From positions 5,984,485 through 6,048,484 of the forward strand of contig NC_134027.1 in the NCBI RefSeq assembly GCF_964204645.1: a stretch of DNA of 64,000 nucleotides. Direction: 5' to 3'. The stretch comes from Tubulanus polymorphus. Lineage: Eukaryota > Animalia > Nemertea. This document shows, piece after piece, positions 37,479 to 51,044 of this stretch. The notes beneath the pieces were generated by a model. It ran no database searches. It saw only the letters and a program-made list of their open reading frames with translations, and was not told the DNA's origin. Within the stretch, counting starts at the first letter, position 1, and every line of letters begins with the position of its first letter. The translations under genes were made by a program, and so were the position numbers.

Positions 37479-39269
37479 ATGATGAACACCAACGATAATT
37501 CTGAGGATGATTTTAGAGAGCCAGGTAGAATCGAAGGATGCTTTTTAATACTAGCTGCTGCTGGAATCTACCTGATTGTGGGAGGTATCAATCTAAGCAC
37601 TGGGATTCTTGTAGTAGAATGGGCAGAATATTTTGACACGGGATACAGGATAGCATCATGGTTGGGGACGGCGCCTGTGGCAGCGTCAATGATATTTGGT
37701 GAGTTTTGCTGTAAATATCTAGTGTAAAACACGAAGTTTGATGGTTTATCATAATGTGAAGGGATATGTTAGTTGAAATTCTATCCGTTTGCAGCTCCTG
37801 TCGCTGGTGCGATGATAAAGAGATTCGGTATAAGACGATGTCTGATAAGTGCTTCGATTGTAGGTGGTATCGCTATTTGTTGTACGACGTTTTCTACGAA
37901 TTTGTGGGTGATCTATTTTCTATGGATGATTTATGGTAAGTTAACATTCTGAGTATGAGATCTCCGAAAGCTTCAGAGATTCAATATCGATTATGCCTAT
38001 TTCAAAGATTTTTAATTTTTTTTCAGGAATAGTGATTTCATTTCTCGTCGGACCTATTATAGCTTACGTTATGATCAGATTCCGTCGTCACAGGTCGATT
38101 GCGAACGCTTTCGTCGTATCTTCTGTTCCATTAGGAACTATCGTATTCGGTGTCATTATGAGTGCTACAATTGATATTTATACCTGGCGAGGAACGATTC
38201 TCATTATAGGTGCCATAGCACTTAATATGGCCCCCTTTAGTATAATCCTCCGTAGATGGAATAAGCCATGTCGTAAAAAAGAAATACTTTTACCTAAGTA
38301 TAAAGAGGTCATTTTTCACAACGAAGCCACGCCGATCCATATCGATGAGATTACAACAAAAACTACCGACGGCATTTTAGGATGGAGGAACGTCTTTGAC
38401 GTTGAAATATTACGACAACCAGGTTTCATATTTGTAACTCTATCGGTGTTTTTCTTGTATTTAGGTGCGTCTGTTATATATATTCATATAGTTTCGGGAT
38501 TCATGAATTTGTTTAAATTAGACATAGAAAACGCTAGATATTTGGTACCCTGTTTAGGCATAAGTAATATGATAGCTAGATTTGTCGTGTGTATAATATG
38601 TCACCATCCCCGCGTTGACACATTCTCGGTGTATCTTATATCAAACATTTTATTAAGTGTCACTGTGGCAATAGTTCCTTTATTTGAAGGCTTCACAGCC
38701 GCCGCTATTTTAGCAGCGATGATTGGAGTATTTGTGTCCGGATTTGGAGGACTTACTCATATAGTTCTTGCTGATACGATCCAGGAAAGATATATTCATA
38801 TGGCTGTGCAGTATATGTACCTGGCAGGGGGCATTGCTTATATGGTTGGTGCTCCATTAGCCGGTAAGTATTCGGTAGTCCTATCGAGCTGTTTTTGTAC
38901 TGCTACAATCGTCATCATATCGCAGTGACTGTAAAAAGAATTTCTTCCTTACTGAAAAAATTACGGAAGTTATTGATGCAACTATTTTCATTTTTTTTAA
39001 ATTTGCATGAATATTCAAAAGTATCTCATTCAATAAAATTCTTCTCTTCTTGTATATATCTTTTAGGGTGGACATATGATGTAACTGGGAACTATGTTTA
39101 TTCGTTTGAATTGGCAGCATCGTTAGTTGCGGTCAATGTGCTGATACTGATACCGTTCTGGATAAAACATATCCGCCAATTATTGAGCCAGAAATCATCA
39201 GATATCGACAATATCCGATCAGCCAGCAGTTGTGAGTGGATAGCATCTCATACCTCACTAGCGTTCTGA
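37479..39269 (+). CDS. Monocarboxylate transporter (SLC16/MFS) paralogue 1, 4 exons
   Basis: GILVVEWAEYFD...ASWLG; APVAGAMIKRFGIRR; RFRRHRSIANA; YTWRGTILIIGAIALN; GAPLAG|WTYDVTGNYVYSF. Confidence 0.92.
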
Positions 39270-40160
39270 CCTCTTTCTTGTTAAGAACCCCGTTCGTTAA
39301 AAAGATTTCCGGACCACATCCAGATTATAGATTCAGGAATAGATTTTGTACGAATGTACGTATGTTCAAATTGCTGGAACTTCGAATCGCCAAAACTGCT
39401 CCGAGTGGTAGCGTATTCTGCCCAGCTATTCGCTAAATTTGAGAAGTTGTCTTAGGAATGTATCATTCATTGTAAGCTTTTTCCTTTAACCAAATTGCTA
39501 CAATCAAAATAAACTTATTAGTGCAGATAACGGTTAGAATTTTCGCGGTCCTGCGACGAAAGTCTACACGTTGAACATATCTTATGATTAATCATGAGCT
39601 ATGTAGTTATATGGTTTACTATTTAACGCCTTTTTGCTTTTAGTTTATAAATGCTACAAAATGACGCGAAAAATACACGTTTGTTTGACTCTTGCCGTTT
39701 TCGATATCATCTGTACCGAGTGTTTTTGTCTCATGCGTTTTATCAAGGCACTTTGCATGTGGCATATACACTTCCTTGTTATCATATTCATACAAAATAG
39801 GCCTAGTTCTTATTTTGTGTTATTCCATTGATTTTCAGAAACTTTCAAATCTCGAATGTGATTGTTTTCTTTTTCGATGATACTCAAAACAAATTTTGAT
39901 TCGTGAGCTAATTACGTAGTGGGTTGTAAAAATCTGTGTAAAGTTTTTGAGAAAAGCTATTTCCCTCGTCGATTTGAATCTCAGATTTTGATAGCGAAAA
40001 GTTTCGACTCTGACCGTCATTATGACGATATCATTTGATAAGAGATCATTTAACAATGATCTCGTCATACGGTCATAGATATATATATGGAACGTAAAAC
40101 AGGGTCCTATGTTGGTAAACCTGTAGGAGTGGCGCATGAATCAGATATTACAGAAACAAT

Positions 40161-42314
40161 ATGGACGTCACTGCCGAAAGTACTGATGCATCAGAGGACG
40201 ATGAACCGAGCAGAACTGAAGGATGTTTTCTTATTCTAGCTGCTGCTGGAATTCATCAGATTTTAGGTGGAACACATACAACTCTAGGGATTCTTGTCGT
40301 TGAATGGGCAGAATATTTTGATACAGGATACAGGATAGCATCATGGCTTGGAACAGGAACACTAGCAGCGGCTATGGTATTTGGTAAGTTGTTACCTAGT
40401 CAAAATCTAAATATATATTCATTCCACTAATTGTGGATTGACCGTTGAACCAAAGTGTGCCACTGAACATTTTTCGTTAAGAAAGACATTTCTACGTCTT
40501 AGATTAAAAGATTCATGCGTAAAGTAGTTTTGCTCCTACTCTGGATACATCAATCAAAGAATGGGTAAAAATGATGATGCACCAAATTCCAAATAAATAT
40601 GTTAAAATATATACTGATTTTTTCTACAGCTCCTGTCGCTGGTGTGATAATAAAGAGATTTGGTCTCAGGCGGTGTTTGATCATTTCTGCCATTGTCAAT
40701 GCCATAACTATTTGCTGTTCAGCATTTTCCACAAACCTCTGGGTGATCTTTATTCTATGGATAATAACTGGTAAATTCGATCACAAAATCGAATCATAAG
40801 AAAATCAACTTGAAATACTATATTTGCCCTTTTCCTCGTTTTCTCTGCTTCATTGTATTTCAGGAATGGCTCATTCGTTTCACGTTGGACCTATTCTAGC
40901 TTACATTATGATCAGATTCCGTCGCCACAGGATGATAGCCAACGCTTTCGTCGTGTCTGCGGCTGCGTCGGGAACTATCGTCTATGGTTCTTTAATAAAT
41001 GCTACCATAGAAGCTTACACATGGCGAGGAACAGTTGTCATTTTGGGCGCTTTAGCACTAAACGCTGTCCCATGTAGCCTAATACTGAGAAAATGGAGTA
41101 AAACGTGTCGTCCAAAGGACACGCTTTTAACGAAGCCAAAAGATGTTCGCGGGTCAGTTACTCAATCCGCACCGATGCAATTCGCTCATGAAGAGCAAAC
41201 CGGTATTAGAGACACTTCTGGGTGTAGTAATATCTTAAATCTTGAAATATTACGACAATCGGCTTTCATATGTGTAACTCTGTCGGTGTTTTTCTTGTAT
41301 TTAGGTGTATCTGTTATATATATTCATATAGTTTCAGGATTCATGGATTTGTGTAAATTAGAAATAGAACACGCTAGATATTTGGTACCCTGTTTAGGCA
41401 TAAGTAATATGATAGCTAGATTTGTCGTGTCTGTAATATGCCACCATCCCCGCGTTGATACATTCACTTTGTTTCTTTTGGCTAATATTCTATTAACTGC
41501 CACTCTGGCAATAGTTCCTTTATTTGAAGGTTTTGCAGCCGCCGTTACTTTAGTAGTCATAATAGGATTAGCTTTGGGAGGCTATGGAGGACTCACTCAT
41601 CTTATTATTGTCGACATCCTCGAGGAGAAATATATTCTAATGGCTGTGCAGTATATGTTCCTACCTGCAGGAATTGCTTATATGACCGGTGGTCCATTAG
41701 CTGGTAAGATAAATACTATGCATTTCAGAAGAAGATTTTGAACAGTCGATTGTCATGAAAGTGGAACTTTTTTGTGAGGTACCCACGCAAATGGCACTCG
41801 CGCAGAAAATTTTTGAAAATGACCATATTTGTGGTGAAAATTGTGCTTTTTCCTATAATTTGGCCTTAAATCATCTTTAGGAAACATGTACATATTTTGA
41901 ACGAAAACGAATGAAAAAGTGTTGAATGAGTGAATCTTTTGAAATCGATACTCAAATCTTAAGGCCGGCATCTAGGCGGAACTTTGTTAATGAGCGAATG
42001 AACGCCCTGCTGCTGGGTGATGTAATATAAGCTAATCTACAATTCTTAGATCTTTAATTAATAAATAGATAAATTCTAATATATAATCTAATGTGGTATC
42101 ATTTTGATTTCTAGGTTGGGTATACGATAATACAGAGAACTTCATTTATTCCATTGAATTGACAGCATCGTTAGTTGCTGTTAGTGTCCTCATACTGATA
42201 CCGTTCTGGATAAAACATATCCGTCAATTACTGAATCAGAAATCATCAAACGACAATATCCAATCAGCCAGCAGTCGTGTGTGGATAGCATCTCATACCT
42301 CATTAGCATTATGA
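40161..42314 (+). CDS. Monocarboxylate transporter (SLC16/MFS) paralogue 2, 4 exons
   Basis: Same exon structure and motifs as paralogue 1. Last exon ~42115-42314. Confidence 0.92.
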
Positions 42315-43615
42315 TAAGTTAGTTAGGCTAAAAAAACTGATACCTTGATTTTCATTTCCGCTGAACTTAAAAATTGACCCGACCGGCTGTCTGTCTACCT
42401 TGTACATTACTTTTTTCAAATTATGATTAGGCATAACAACAAGAGACCCGGCAGCTATAGAAATGAAATGATTTTACAAAAGTGAACCAGTCGATAGGTA
42501 TCATTTTCAGCTGCACATACTTCGTGTAACTATAGCCATCATACGAAAATAGATTTCATTGGTCGAATAAAGACATTATGATAGAATAGCAGGAATTTAT
42601 TTGGAAAAGTACATTTTCGGATAATTCCGGATGAAATCGTTTCACTCGTTTTCTACAAGCCCCGGTCAGAACAAGGACATCGAGCAATCGCTCCACTATT
42701 TCTCAACGTTGAATTCATACCCGTACGTCAAAGTGAAAACACATTTCATTTTCAAATAAATAATTACAGTGTATATGATTTATTAATATAATTTCTGTCA
42801 AAAAATCACTTTCATTTGGACGTTTATGTTTAAGTAGTACACAAATTTCTCTTCATCATATCAGATATAAATATGTAACAAGATTATATATGTAGGTCTA
42901 TATGATTTAGATCTAAAATATCAATCTAAACAATAATTCAATATAAATAAGTGTACATCATAATTAGTTTAGATCATTATAACAACATTGGAATTACATT
43001 TATAGGAATACAATATTCTGGTCTAGCTATCTCTCTATCTTTCAAGAATAACATACCTAATTCATTATGATATGAGCCTGTGCATAATAATCATATGGTT
43101 TTTGGTATCTTTGAAAAACAAAACATGGTCAGAATACCAATACAGTTCATACATCGCAACAAAATAACGAATAAACTCACATTCAATACAAGTATAAAGT
43201 GTAATGGGATTGTGACCATTTCTAAAAAGGAAAATATTAATATGAGGAAGTCAATGTATACAAACATTAGACAAAACCAACAGCATAATTTCAAACTAAA
43301 AGACTGTTAAATCAACAACAATGCATTCAGTTGATTAAGTATATTATCGCATAGGGAAATTAATGGTGATACTGAATTACAGCGGAACCTCATCATTGAT
43401 AACAATTACCGGTAGTATTGAAGATAATGATTCAAACAAATTCATTGAATGGCAGGATTAAAGAATGAATTAAACTCCATTAGAGATTCAGACAAATATC
43501 ACACTGAAATACATTAATCTAGAAACATGTCATCGAAATGAAGTCTTGTGATGCTGATGACGATGACACCAAAACTCGATGCTAATCCAAGCCATCATAA
43601 TACAAATCACAAAAA

Positions 43616-44788
43616 TCAATTTATATCAAAACACTTCTTGTATAAAAATATTTTCAACCTGAAAATACCATAGAAAATAAGGTGCAAAATCATCATAGAA
43701 ACGCCAATACCCACGACCATCCCACACGTGATTCCAGGGTTATTCCAATCTAGAACCCCCGGATACAATACATTGTTCTTATGATCGAAGCTCCAATAGA
43801 TTGCACTAAATATGACATAGATCAGCCCATAACTAATTGGATATATGAAATGAAGTAATCTAACAGGGTATGCAGCTAGTAGAATTTCTAGAAGAACTAT
43901 TACGGAATTCATAGCATGTACATTGATATCCTTAACGCTCGGGGCTTTAGATTTAGATTGTTTAGCTATGTCAGGATAGAGGAATGCAAAATAGACTGTT
44001 GTGACCATAATTGCCGCAACTGAACATACCGAAAACAGCACCCAATCTAATTTGAAATTCCATGGAATGGTATGTGGCGAGAGGATGTGCACTTCATTTT
44101 CCCCGGCTGAACTACTTGATTCGGCTGTGTCCAGATTATGGTATTCATCGTACGATGGAAAATTTGGCTCATCATTCGGACGCCGCAGACAGCTTCGTTT
44201 TTCGCATATAACACGAGTACTGGAGTTGATGAATGCCAAAAGAAGATGTAGCGCTAACATCAGATACGACCACATCGTCAAAAATGCCATAGGGTTGTGC
44301 ATTTTGGCTAAATCAGAATGTTCATAGTCGACTATAGAGTACACAAAGCAACCAACCACATATGCGCTCACAATGAAACGATATATCAGGAAAACGATTG
44401 GAGGCAAATTCCACTGAAAGAAAGAACAAGCATACGTTTAATACGTGACAATGAGTAAAGATATACAGACTACAAATTGATAGCTTGTTTCTCATTTCTG
44501 CTGAGCTTAGAAGTTGACCCGGCTGGCTGCCTATCTGCCCTGTACAATACTTTAAAATCGTGATCAAGCTGACCATAACAGACCAGGTAGCTATACAAAT
44601 GAACTGATTTCAAATTTCACAGCAGCTCACAAAAAGACGCGGCCATTTAAGAGAAACAAGGTGTCATTTCTTAAATACATGTAGTTCACCACTTTAAAAA
44701 TGCTTACCTGGGAAAGATAGAAAAGGTCATCTCGAAAATATCCAAGACAAAAATTATGGCACCGAAATTCTTGTTTGAATGTCGACAT
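43616..44788 (-). CDS. Protein rolling stone-like multipass membrane protein (2 coding exons)
   Basis: MSTFKQEFRCHNFCLGYFRDDLFYLSQ|W...FLTMWSY...HAMNSVIVLLEILLAAYPVRLLHFIYPISYGLIYVIFSAIYW...LYPGVLDWNNPG. Confidence 0.9.
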
Positions 44789-46167
44789 GTTGTGTCACTT
44801 CTGAATGATTGTGACATACAATTCAAATATTCACCTGAAATGAAGAGCATTAATCATTAATAGAAAAATCACTTCCTGTTGCAAACATCATAATCATGAA
44901 TAGCTTGTAATCACACGATTGGGTTTTCCTGAATCAACAAAAAAGAATGTAACATCCATTCATCCTTGGTTGAACAGCGTTTGATTGCCTCACGCCAACC
45001 ACAGACCCTCACCACATCGCATTCTACTTCAATGGTCTATTACAGGCTATCATTCACTGTGTGGCATGCGAGGAATCTTCCAGCCAGTGAAAACTGTGTT
45101 CACATAATCTCGAAGTCTGCATCCGATAGAAACAAATTAATTAAGGCCGGCCTATTCAAATATACACTCATATGACACTTGGTAATTAATACTTCTAGAC
45201 AATTGTTCAGAGACAATCCTACTAACGTGTCTCTTTATTTATGGTTAATAACTCACATGTACTATTTCAATTATACTATTTGGAACTACGAGTTGGAAAA
45301 TACCAATTCCCTGTCGATTTCTGTTACATCGGTAGATATTGCTCTGTATCTAATTGGCTAAATATATGGACTATTATTGGCAAAATATCCACTTTCTTTT
45401 TGTCTTTGATTTGAAAAAAGTCAAGTGTGTGTATAGCTTAAAAGGCCATGATGTATATCAAAATACTAAACTGCTAAATGGAATTTATCAAATGGTATCT
45501 AAGAAAATAAAGTATAACAGTTTACAAGTGTTTTCTCGCCACATCAAAACCTACCGCAACTCTGCTTTTAGGAAAAGACGCGAAAAACAAATGAAAAATC
45601 ATTTATCTTATCGCACAATTTGACATTTCCGCATCCACTTGTAAACAATTATCGCGCACCGACGATTATCAGTATTATCCTTCACCGAAGCTAACTGTAC
45701 TAAGTATCAATTTAAAACAATTTAAACACCAAGAGACAGGCACCGCCGTCGTATCGTGCGAGCTGTGGCATATTACCAAAAGTACATTTTTTTATATTAG
45801 TCATGTTCAGATGCACGTATCTAATAAACTTTGCTACCAACGATTCAAAGCAATGCCAAGGGATGTCCGCGGGACACTGTCCTTTAAGTTTTACTTTGTT
45901 ACCGGCTCCGGGCCGCACTCAGCCAAGTGAATAGTCCTTGAAGACCAGGAGGCTGTCCCTTGCGCCCACCTCCATTCATGAAATTCCTTTCAAAGCCGGT
46001 GCGTGGAAAAGTCTACGTACCTGGTTCAGTCTGAGAACATTATTTCATAACGGTGTCTGGTTAACCCGGCCTTCAACTTTCGACCATAATAGACGCGTCT
46101 GGTCGAATCGGTAATATCGCTCATTGGTATACGGTGTGTATTTATATTTGTTTACTAATAATCAGAA

Positions 46168-48389
46168 ATGAAGTAAGTAGATTGCATAGTTCACAAATTA
46201 ATGGCGTTAAAAGCAAAAGCATGTCTAACTTACTTCGCATTGCAGGTACGGGTTGATAATATCATCGGTGGTTGTCGCTGTGCTTTCGATTTGGATATAT
46301 CTTATACCCAGTCCATTAGATCCAAGACCACACGTGTAAGCCAATTTCGTATTACATTTAGTGCTATTACTCCTCCGCCGCTTTTTTGAGTATCGTCTTT
46401 TTTGATTGCGCGTAGGTTCGAAAAACCACCAACACTTGTTGGTGCGCTAGAGGCAAATACAGTTTTGGAAAATGTCGTTAAAGCATTCGAAGGGAAGATA
46501 ATCGGTCCGGAGTCGTTCGCTGGTGACAATGAAGGTCGGTATCACCCAGGTTTATGGACGTCATATCCTGATGCTGTTTCTAATAAGGAATCAGGAGTAC
46601 GAGAGTGGTCATGACGTATAATTGGTATCAACGACATGTGGCAAGGAGACACTACATTAATATACCTTTATCCAAGTATACGCCTGAAATATAAGAATGA
46701 ACTTATACTTCTACTTCAGGAAACTTGTACACAGGGACTTGGGATGGAAAAATCTGGAAGATAAGCACCGATGGCTTTGCATCGGTTTTGGCGAGAACCG
46801 GAATTGACCATCCCGATTGTGGTATGTAATCTCCAACAATGATGAGAATTTAAAGATGTTGAATCGATTCAGAACAGAATTTCTAAAATCGCAAAACGAT
46901 TAACATGTACAATTCTAACGATAATGATCATATGTGTTTTTATTCCACAAAGGACGATCTTACGACCTGGAGCCACTATGCGGAAGGGTTAAAGGAATGA
47001 AAGTAGACAAAAATGGGGATCTGTTTGCTGTCGATTGTTACAAGGGCTTGTTCAAAATCCACCTTCCATCCGGAGAAATTGAGAATATTTTAGCTGAAGG
47101 TAATGGCTGAAGCTCATATCTATCTATTTATCGCGAATCGTCTCCGAGAGTTCTCTCGTGACCATCGTCTTTATATTACGAATACATCTGTTAGATTGAC
47201 TGTAGTGAACTGATATAAATCTCAGTATAGTTAACGAATGAAAACCCACAGTAGATTTGTAGAAACAGTTTATTTCCTAACGGTTTCGAGGTTAAAACTA
47301 AACCCCATCTCCAGAGGAACAAAAAATATATTGATTGTATTTTTCTGTTCCTCTGAAGATGAGGTTTAGTTTTAACCTCGAAACCGTTAGGAAATAAACT
47401 GTTTCTACAAATCTACTGTGGGTTTTTATTCGTAAACCCGTTAGATTGAGATTATGAATGTTTATTTTGAAGTTACTCTTACTGATGTAATATTTATATC
47501 TTATCCGCAAATAAAGATTGTTCTATCTTCAGGAGTAGATGGCAAATCCTTTACGTTCCTAAACAGTTTGGATATATCAGACGATGGTATCGTATATTTC
47601 TCCGAATCGTCCAGTAAATGGACGCGTCGCGATGCGAAACTTGAGGTGATCGAAACGAACAACTTCGGGAGAATTCTCGCGTACGACCCGGTGAAAAATA
47701 GTAGTTGGACAGTAGCCGATGAACTGTACATGGCCAACGGTATCGCCCTATCTCCAGACAACTCGTTCCTTCTAATCAACGAAATGAATAGAAATAGGAT
47801 CACTAGGTATAAATTATACATAATCTATTAATTTGACTTACGATTCACCAGTACGAAATCATTGTGAGAATTTTTTTTTCAGGCTTTATCTGAAAGGGCC
47901 AAAAACTGGTATGCGAGAAATCTTCTTGGACAATGTTCCTGGCTATCCTGATAACATTAAACTTACACCTCACGGCACGTACTATATAGGTTTACTGGTC
48001 ACTCGATTCTCAAGTACAACCGGATTGAAAAAATATACGAGACCTTTCCTCGATCTAATCGCCCCATATCCAGCGATCAAAAGATTTATAGCTAAGGTAT
48101 CAGAACCTCAACTCAACGTATTCCTTGCTGCTTTCTCAACGGATTCCAAAATCTCAGTTTCTTCTCGCAGGTTACCCCGATGTTCGTGTATAACGTATTT
48201 CTTCCGGCGCACAGTTACTTCATCGAAGTTGATTCCAACGGAAATATAATAAACAGTTTCCACGATCCATCCGGACTCGTGATTAAAGGCGGAATGACTG
48301 AGGCGTTTTTATACAATGGCAAAGTATACCTCGGTCACCACGAAACGCCATTCATTGGCGTTTTAGATGCACAGCACGTTTTGAATTAA
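46168..48389 (+). CDS. APMAP: Adipocyte plasma membrane-associated protein / strictosidine synthase-like
   Basis: MK|YGLIISSVVVAVLSIWIYLIPSPLDP; GALEANTVL; GPESFA; EPLCGRVKGMK; FLNSLDI; VYFSESSSKW; LYMANGIALSPD; NVPGYPDNI. APMAP-like; orthology not proven. Confidence 0.9.
47231..47437. repeat. Near-perfect ~200-bp palindrome in an APMAP intron (inverted Penelope pLTR-like fragments)
   Basis: Arms 47241-47325 and 47338-47426 are reverse complements with only a few mismatches. Confidence 0.95.
47348..47393 (+). ncRNA. Minimal type I hammerhead ribozyme motif (Penelope-like element type)
   Basis: Stem I TTCCT, core CTGAAGA(T), stem II GAGGTT-loop-AACCTC, GAAA, minimal stem III C-C-GTT, stem I' AGGAA. 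Confidence 0.7.
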
Positions 48390-51044
48390 ATCAAAGCATT
48401 CAAAACTGCTGGGAAATCGAGATTCTAATGAGAATATATTTCCGATGACATCCAATCAAAGATGAAATGTATGCAATTTTGGGATTTTATATGTTAATAG
48501 TCTGATTTGATTGTTCATTGAATTTATGTATTAATCATAATTCTGTTTGTAATATTACTGGCAAATAAACCAAATACAATGATAAAACTATTCCTCATGT
48601 AATCAGCTAAACGATGTTTATTACTAAAATTGAAGTAGTAAATTTAACTGCGGGGTTCAGCCGATGTTCGTCAGCGTAATACCTAAAGTTGCGCGCACCA
48701 AATCTTTGATGGAATACTCGAATGGGTCCACTGACTCGACCTCAACCGATAGCTGAGAAAAGAAGACGATGTTCATCTATGACTATGGTTACAGCATTGA
48801 CGATAATATGTTGAATGAAAATCAATTTTGTGACTTTAGAAAAAGCTGTTCCGGTGGCTTGAACCGAAGGCTCGATTAACCATGATTTCGAGTGAATTGT
48901 TCCCCTGTTCTCTTTTCACCCAAAAGAATTAATTTGAAAAAGAACACAAATTACGACGTCTTGTCGTCTATAGCGAAAGCGTGCGAATGCTGAAGTAAGC
49001 GGGGAAACATCACCAATGATTCAAGCATTCTGTGTGTATAATTATGATAATATATGCAATATGTGTGGATTATGACGACCTTAAGCCGGCTTTATTCACT
49101 GAAGAAACAGCTTATTCTGAAAAACATTTTTATTTTTTCATATATCAATTGGTGATCGAATGTTATCCAATTATTCCATTAGTAACGTTCAATAATTGAT
49201 TAAGAATACCCAACAACCAACTTCTCATGTTTAATGATTGTTGCCCGCCGGTGCTGTTTGTCGGACAATGGACAGATATTTTTGAAGGCAAATATCGTAT
49301 TCTGCAACCAAGCTCCTGGAAAATCAAGGATATCATCAAATATCATCTCGGCCTGCGGTATTGGCCCCTATGAATCTAAATCTAGTTGATTTTCTGTAAT
49401 CTGTTATTTGATGCAGTTTCTTATTCATTCGGGGCACATTCGACGACGGGTTATTTCGTTGTGAGGTTTTCGGCGTAAGATCCATTTCAAATCCCGTTCG
49501 CAGAAACCAAAACCGGAGACAAAAAAATAGCTAAACTGTGCTGGAAGGAACCCGTAGATTTAGATTATATAAAAATGTATATAATGATGATTAAGTAATA
49601 ATGTATACATATATATGATAATCTAATTAGCTTTTTGTCAAATTGTATCTGTTTGTTTCCTAACCAATCACTGTAGGTACGACCAAGACTTGATCAAGTA
49701 AGTGACTCATATTCTTGTTTACATGCGATAGCAGCATATAAATGGCTTCGTTTGCTGGAAACTTAAACTGCAAAAAAAACGGCCATAATGTCAAGTGAAC
49801 GTTTTCGTGCACCTTTTGATTTATTTTGGAAAACATATTCGACTTAAATGCCCGAGATAAATGTGTTATGTAGAATCATAGTGCGTTGTGCTGATTTGAT
49901 AGAGATCTCAAGATATTCATCAGGTTTTCTGTGTAGTGCATTTTGTACTTTCCATCTAATCATTGTTGTGCAGCCACCAAACGATCGAAAATCGAAAACG
50001 TTTATCGGTAAAAAAATAAACCACGTTGTGCTTTTATTCTGCATGAGAACCAATCGGCGTCGATGAATTCATCCAATTACATTTGTAGTGATGCTGATTA
50101 TCTTATCGACAAAGATTTTACTGATCTCTGCGGGATTCATGTTTTGTAGCTGTAAGATCAAGGGAAACTAACGTCTCTTATAGGATCACTGACGCAGGGC
50201 ATCATTGGATCTGAACACTCTAAGTTGGGTATATTCTTAACGTCATAGTCTTGCATTTCTATTATGCAATGAGACGTCAGAAATATATTCACACTCAAGA
50301 AATTATGGAAATATCATTTTGTTACGTGAGAGAAATGTGCTAGGATTGAAATTTTTCAAAAGAACGTCTGTCGAAGGGTGTGCGTGTGCAAAAGCATAGC
50401 AGGGGGAACCACAACCGATCAGAAAGAGACAGCTCATAAGCAACCCGTTCGCAACATTGATTACGCGTAGCGCAGGGAGAAACCGCTTTGTAGCACTTGC
50501 TCTGTCAATTAATAAAATAAATCAGTATGGGTTTTAAGAGTCCGTGGAAAAACAAACTAAAAACGTAACATCTGACTAACTGTCTTCGAGAAATACGACA
50601 AACCAGGTTAGAGTGATACGTACAAAATTTTCTATGGCTAATATATAAACCCCATCGGTGAACTAACAAAAAAGAGGGTTCTCCCTTGGTCTTTTTGTCC
50701 GGATATTTATGTACCTCTAAAAGAGCCTCGAGCTCGTCAATTACTGCCTGCAATTTTCCTTTTATTTCTTCCCCATCCATTGCGCGCTTCGTTTGCACCT
50801 ACAAAGTTACGACAAATTCAGTTGCCTGTAAAGAATACTCTAACACACAGTATGGTGATTATCCCCGTACTTCCGTCTGCAATTTAGAGAATACACCGGT
50901 GATCCATTTATCTTAAACTTTTCACTAAGCAATACTTAGTTTATTCCGTGAAAACAACATTTTTAGAGATGGAAATTTCAAAACATATCAGAAGATCATT
51001 AATGGACAGAAGAAAATGTTGTTGTCGTTTGTGGGACGATAGAA

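Noticed and set aside
49228-49375. Short open frames on both strands between APMAP and the peptide gene
   Set aside because: Under 60 codons, with no recognisable family and no supported link to neighbouring exons.
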